A stretch of 26,753 nucleotides of DNA. It comes from a virus (Duplodnaviria > Caudoviricetes). Each line of letters starts with the position of its first letter. Within the stretch, counting starts at the first letter, position 1. Both the position numbers and the translations under genes were made by a program. Of the stretch, positions 25,277-26,753 are shown piece by piece. The notes below the pieces were generated by a model that saw only the letters and a list, made by a program, of their open reading frames with translations, was not told the DNA's origin and made no database searches. The stretch lies in the IMG/VR virus record IMGVR_UViG_3300032250_000458, positions 1 through 26,753 of that record; one strand, given 5' to 3'.

Positions 25277-25377
25277 CGTTTCTTCCTTCCTAGATTCCCG
25301 CCGCGTGTCGCTCGGGCCAACGCGGCCCGCAGGGACATTCGCGGCGGTGTGCGAATGCCCAAAGATTGAAACGCGCA

Positions 25378-26394
25378 CTAGGCGCGGTTGACATTCAGAA
25401 CAGCAAACTTGTTGGTGATCGATCCATCGCAACGGATCGAAGCCACGAAAATGGTTTCATTCGTATCGGCTGCCGTTTCGCTGTACCGCGCGACGCTGAA
25501 CGCGCCGAACGAATGGGCCAGCAGGTACTGGGCAGGGTTGAAGAAATGCACCAGCGTGTCACCGGCGGCCGGGGTGGTGGCGCTCAAGCGGTGGTAGACG
25601 GTTGGCAAGCCCTCAACCGTGGTGCCGTTGACCATTGTTCCGCGGAAGCTGGGGAACAGCACCGGGAAGAAACTCGGATCGAAAGATGCCACAAGGCGGC
25701 TGTTGATCACGGCCACGCTGTTGATCCACGATTCATACGGAAGCGGGGACAGGGCGCTATTCGTCGAACCCCACACCGCCGAAATCACATCCTTCATGGT
25801 GTTGGTGGTGGCCACGCCGGTTGATGCTGTGCGGCTGTAACCCTTGGCGCTGTTGAAGCTGCCTTGGCACTCGCTGGTGCCGTTGCCGATCAGAATTTGG
25901 CGGCCCACCTCAAAGATCAGCCCATCGACCAGCGCGCGGCGCAGGAACTCTTCCACATCCTGCGCGCCCTTCGAATCGTTCAGCAGTTCGTTGGACACCT
26001 TCACCCACGCGGTTACCTTCTTCTGCGCGAAGGTGTAGTAGGTACCGCTGGTGCCAGCGGTGGTGCCCTGCACGGGCTTGGCAAAGGTGGGGGAAGACTG
26101 GGTACCCAATGCGGACTCGGCCACATTGGTGTTCACCGTCAAATCCTCTGCGTAGATTGGCAGATTGAAAGCGGTGGGGGTTTCGATCTTCTGAACGCGC
26201 GACAGGATTGCGTCTTCTGCGATCTCCGTATCGATGTACTTCGACCAGGCGGTCGGGGCCAGCGCGGTGCCGCCGCTGCTGATCGTCAGCGCGCGCGCCT
26301 CCACATCGGTGAGCCCGCGCGCGCCGCGGCGCAGGAAGGTGCGGTAGATGTCGCTGTACTGTTCGGAATCGCGCGTGATCTTGGCTTCGCCCAT
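25378..26394 (-). CDS. Second HK97-fold capsid protein paralogue lacking the delta domain (338 aa)
   Basis: RALTISSGGTALAP, VAES, KKVTAWVKVSNELLNDS, ILIGNGT, VEGLPTVY, ADTNET..RCDG; collinear with the 429-aa capsid. Confidence 0.88.
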   Translation of the reverse strand: MGEAKITRDSEQYSDIYRTFLRRGARGLTDVEARALTISSGGTALAPTAWSKYIDTEIAEDAILSRVQKIETPTAFNLPIYAEDLTVNTNVAESALGTQSSPTFAKPVQGTTAGTSGTYYTFAQKKVTAWVKVSNELLNDSKGAQDVEEFLRRALVDGLIFEVGRQILIGNGTSECQGSFNSAKGYSRTASTGVATTNTMKDVISAVWGSTNSALSPLPYESWINSVAVINSRLVASFDPSFFPVLFPSFRGTMVNGTTVEGLPTVYHRLSATTPAAGDTLVHFFNPAQYLLAHSFGAFSVARYSETAADTNETIFVASIRCDGSITNKFAVLNVNRA

Positions 26395-26546
26395 AGTTCA
26401 ACCCTCAAAAGCGAGGGGCGCATGGCGCACAGCCTCGCGGATTCGGTGAGAAATCGCGTGGTCAGTTGCGCCACGAGGGCGGAACGGAAACCGTTACAGG
26501 TGGCGGCGCATCACTAGGACGCGCGCGGCCGTATTCAGTTGCGCCC

Positions 26547-26574
26547 ATTATCAGGGCGCGCAAGTGAATTGCAA
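26547..26574 (-). promoter_or_regulatory. Sigma70-like promoter for the capsid/tail operon
   Basis: TTGCAA-N16-GATAAT just after the protease stop; -10 sits inside the dyad GCGCCC-TGATAAT-GGGCGC. Confidence 0.5.
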
Positions 26575-26578
26575 CCGA

Positions 26579-26753
26579 TTACATCTCCGGTGGCAGGTAG
26601 TAACGCTTGCGCGCAGTGGGCTGCGCGTTGCGCGCCTCCACGCTGGTGGCAGGGTTCGCAGGGAATGTCACCGCGCTGATTTCCACCAAGTTCGCATCGG
26701 TGATGACGCGCAGCGGCTTCCCATCGGGTGCCTTTTCATAACGCTCGCCGCGC
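26579..26753 (-). CDS. Prohead protease, 3' end (joins 1..467 across the circle)
   Basis: ..EISAVTFPANPATSVEARNAQPTARKRYYLPPEM* with TAA at 26579-26581. Confidence 0.9.
   Translation of the reverse strand, partial: RGERYEKAPDGKPLRVITDANLVEISAVTFPANPATSVEARNAQPTARKRYYLPPEM
26631..26753. repeat. 123-bp terminal direct repeat, copy 2
   Basis: Identical to 1..123. Confidence 0.95.

Noticed and set aside
25276-25455. -1 frameshift fusing the two capsid proteins (the capsid-2 frame is open back past 25432)
   Set aside because: No X XXY YYZ heptamer in the overlap, the RNA structure is too far downstream, and capsid 2 has its own strong RBS at ATG 25276
126-26517. Many long plus-strand and alternate-frame ORFs in the track (e.g. 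23927..25261, 7226..8005, 4483..5193)
   Set aside because: Shadow ORFs of high-GC genes; they overlap well-supported minus-strand genes and have no motifs
1-26753. CRISPR array, rRNA, IS element, or alternative genetic code suggested by frequent CTAG
   Set aside because: No repeat-spacer arrays or transposase seen; genes translate full-length in the standard code and TAG serves as a normal stop for several
1-26753. Phage satellite (PICI/cf-PICI) or gene transfer agent
   Set aside because: It encodes its own head, tail, packaging, replication and integration modules, consistent with an autonomous small phage

Overview
The window appears to be a complete, circularly closed 26,630-bp temperate HK97-type siphophage genome of high GC. 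Bases 1-123 are identical to 26631-26753, and the prohead protease ORF reads through that junction. All but one of about 38 genes lie on the minus strand, and most are coupled by overlapping stop/start codons. Gene order: integrase, early/recombination genes (sigma70-region-4 mini-protein, RecE-like nuclease, RecT/Bet, DUF669 SSB), primase-helicase, origin-like palindrome, resolvase, phosphoesterase, HEXXH protein, HNH, cos region, terS, terL, portal, protease, two paralogous capsid genes, head fibre, neck and tail genes with a -1 frameshift and a very short tape measure, three membrane/lysis genes with no recognisable endolysin, and two Cys-rich proteins. The most striking feature is the lysogeny module. 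No CI/Cro-type repressor is recognisable. The tRNA-derived attP lies inside the 3' extension of the integrase gene, just upstream of the early operon. A 12-bp C tract lies in the first codons of int with candidate starts in all three frames. A 23-bp dyad motif there is repeated, inverted, at the cos region. Together these suggest a repressor-less switch driven by recombination and phase variation (hypothesis). The host is unknown; the CCC-type Cys-rich proteins remind me of Planctomycetota phages (weak inference). All calls are from motif recognition by eye; no searches were run.
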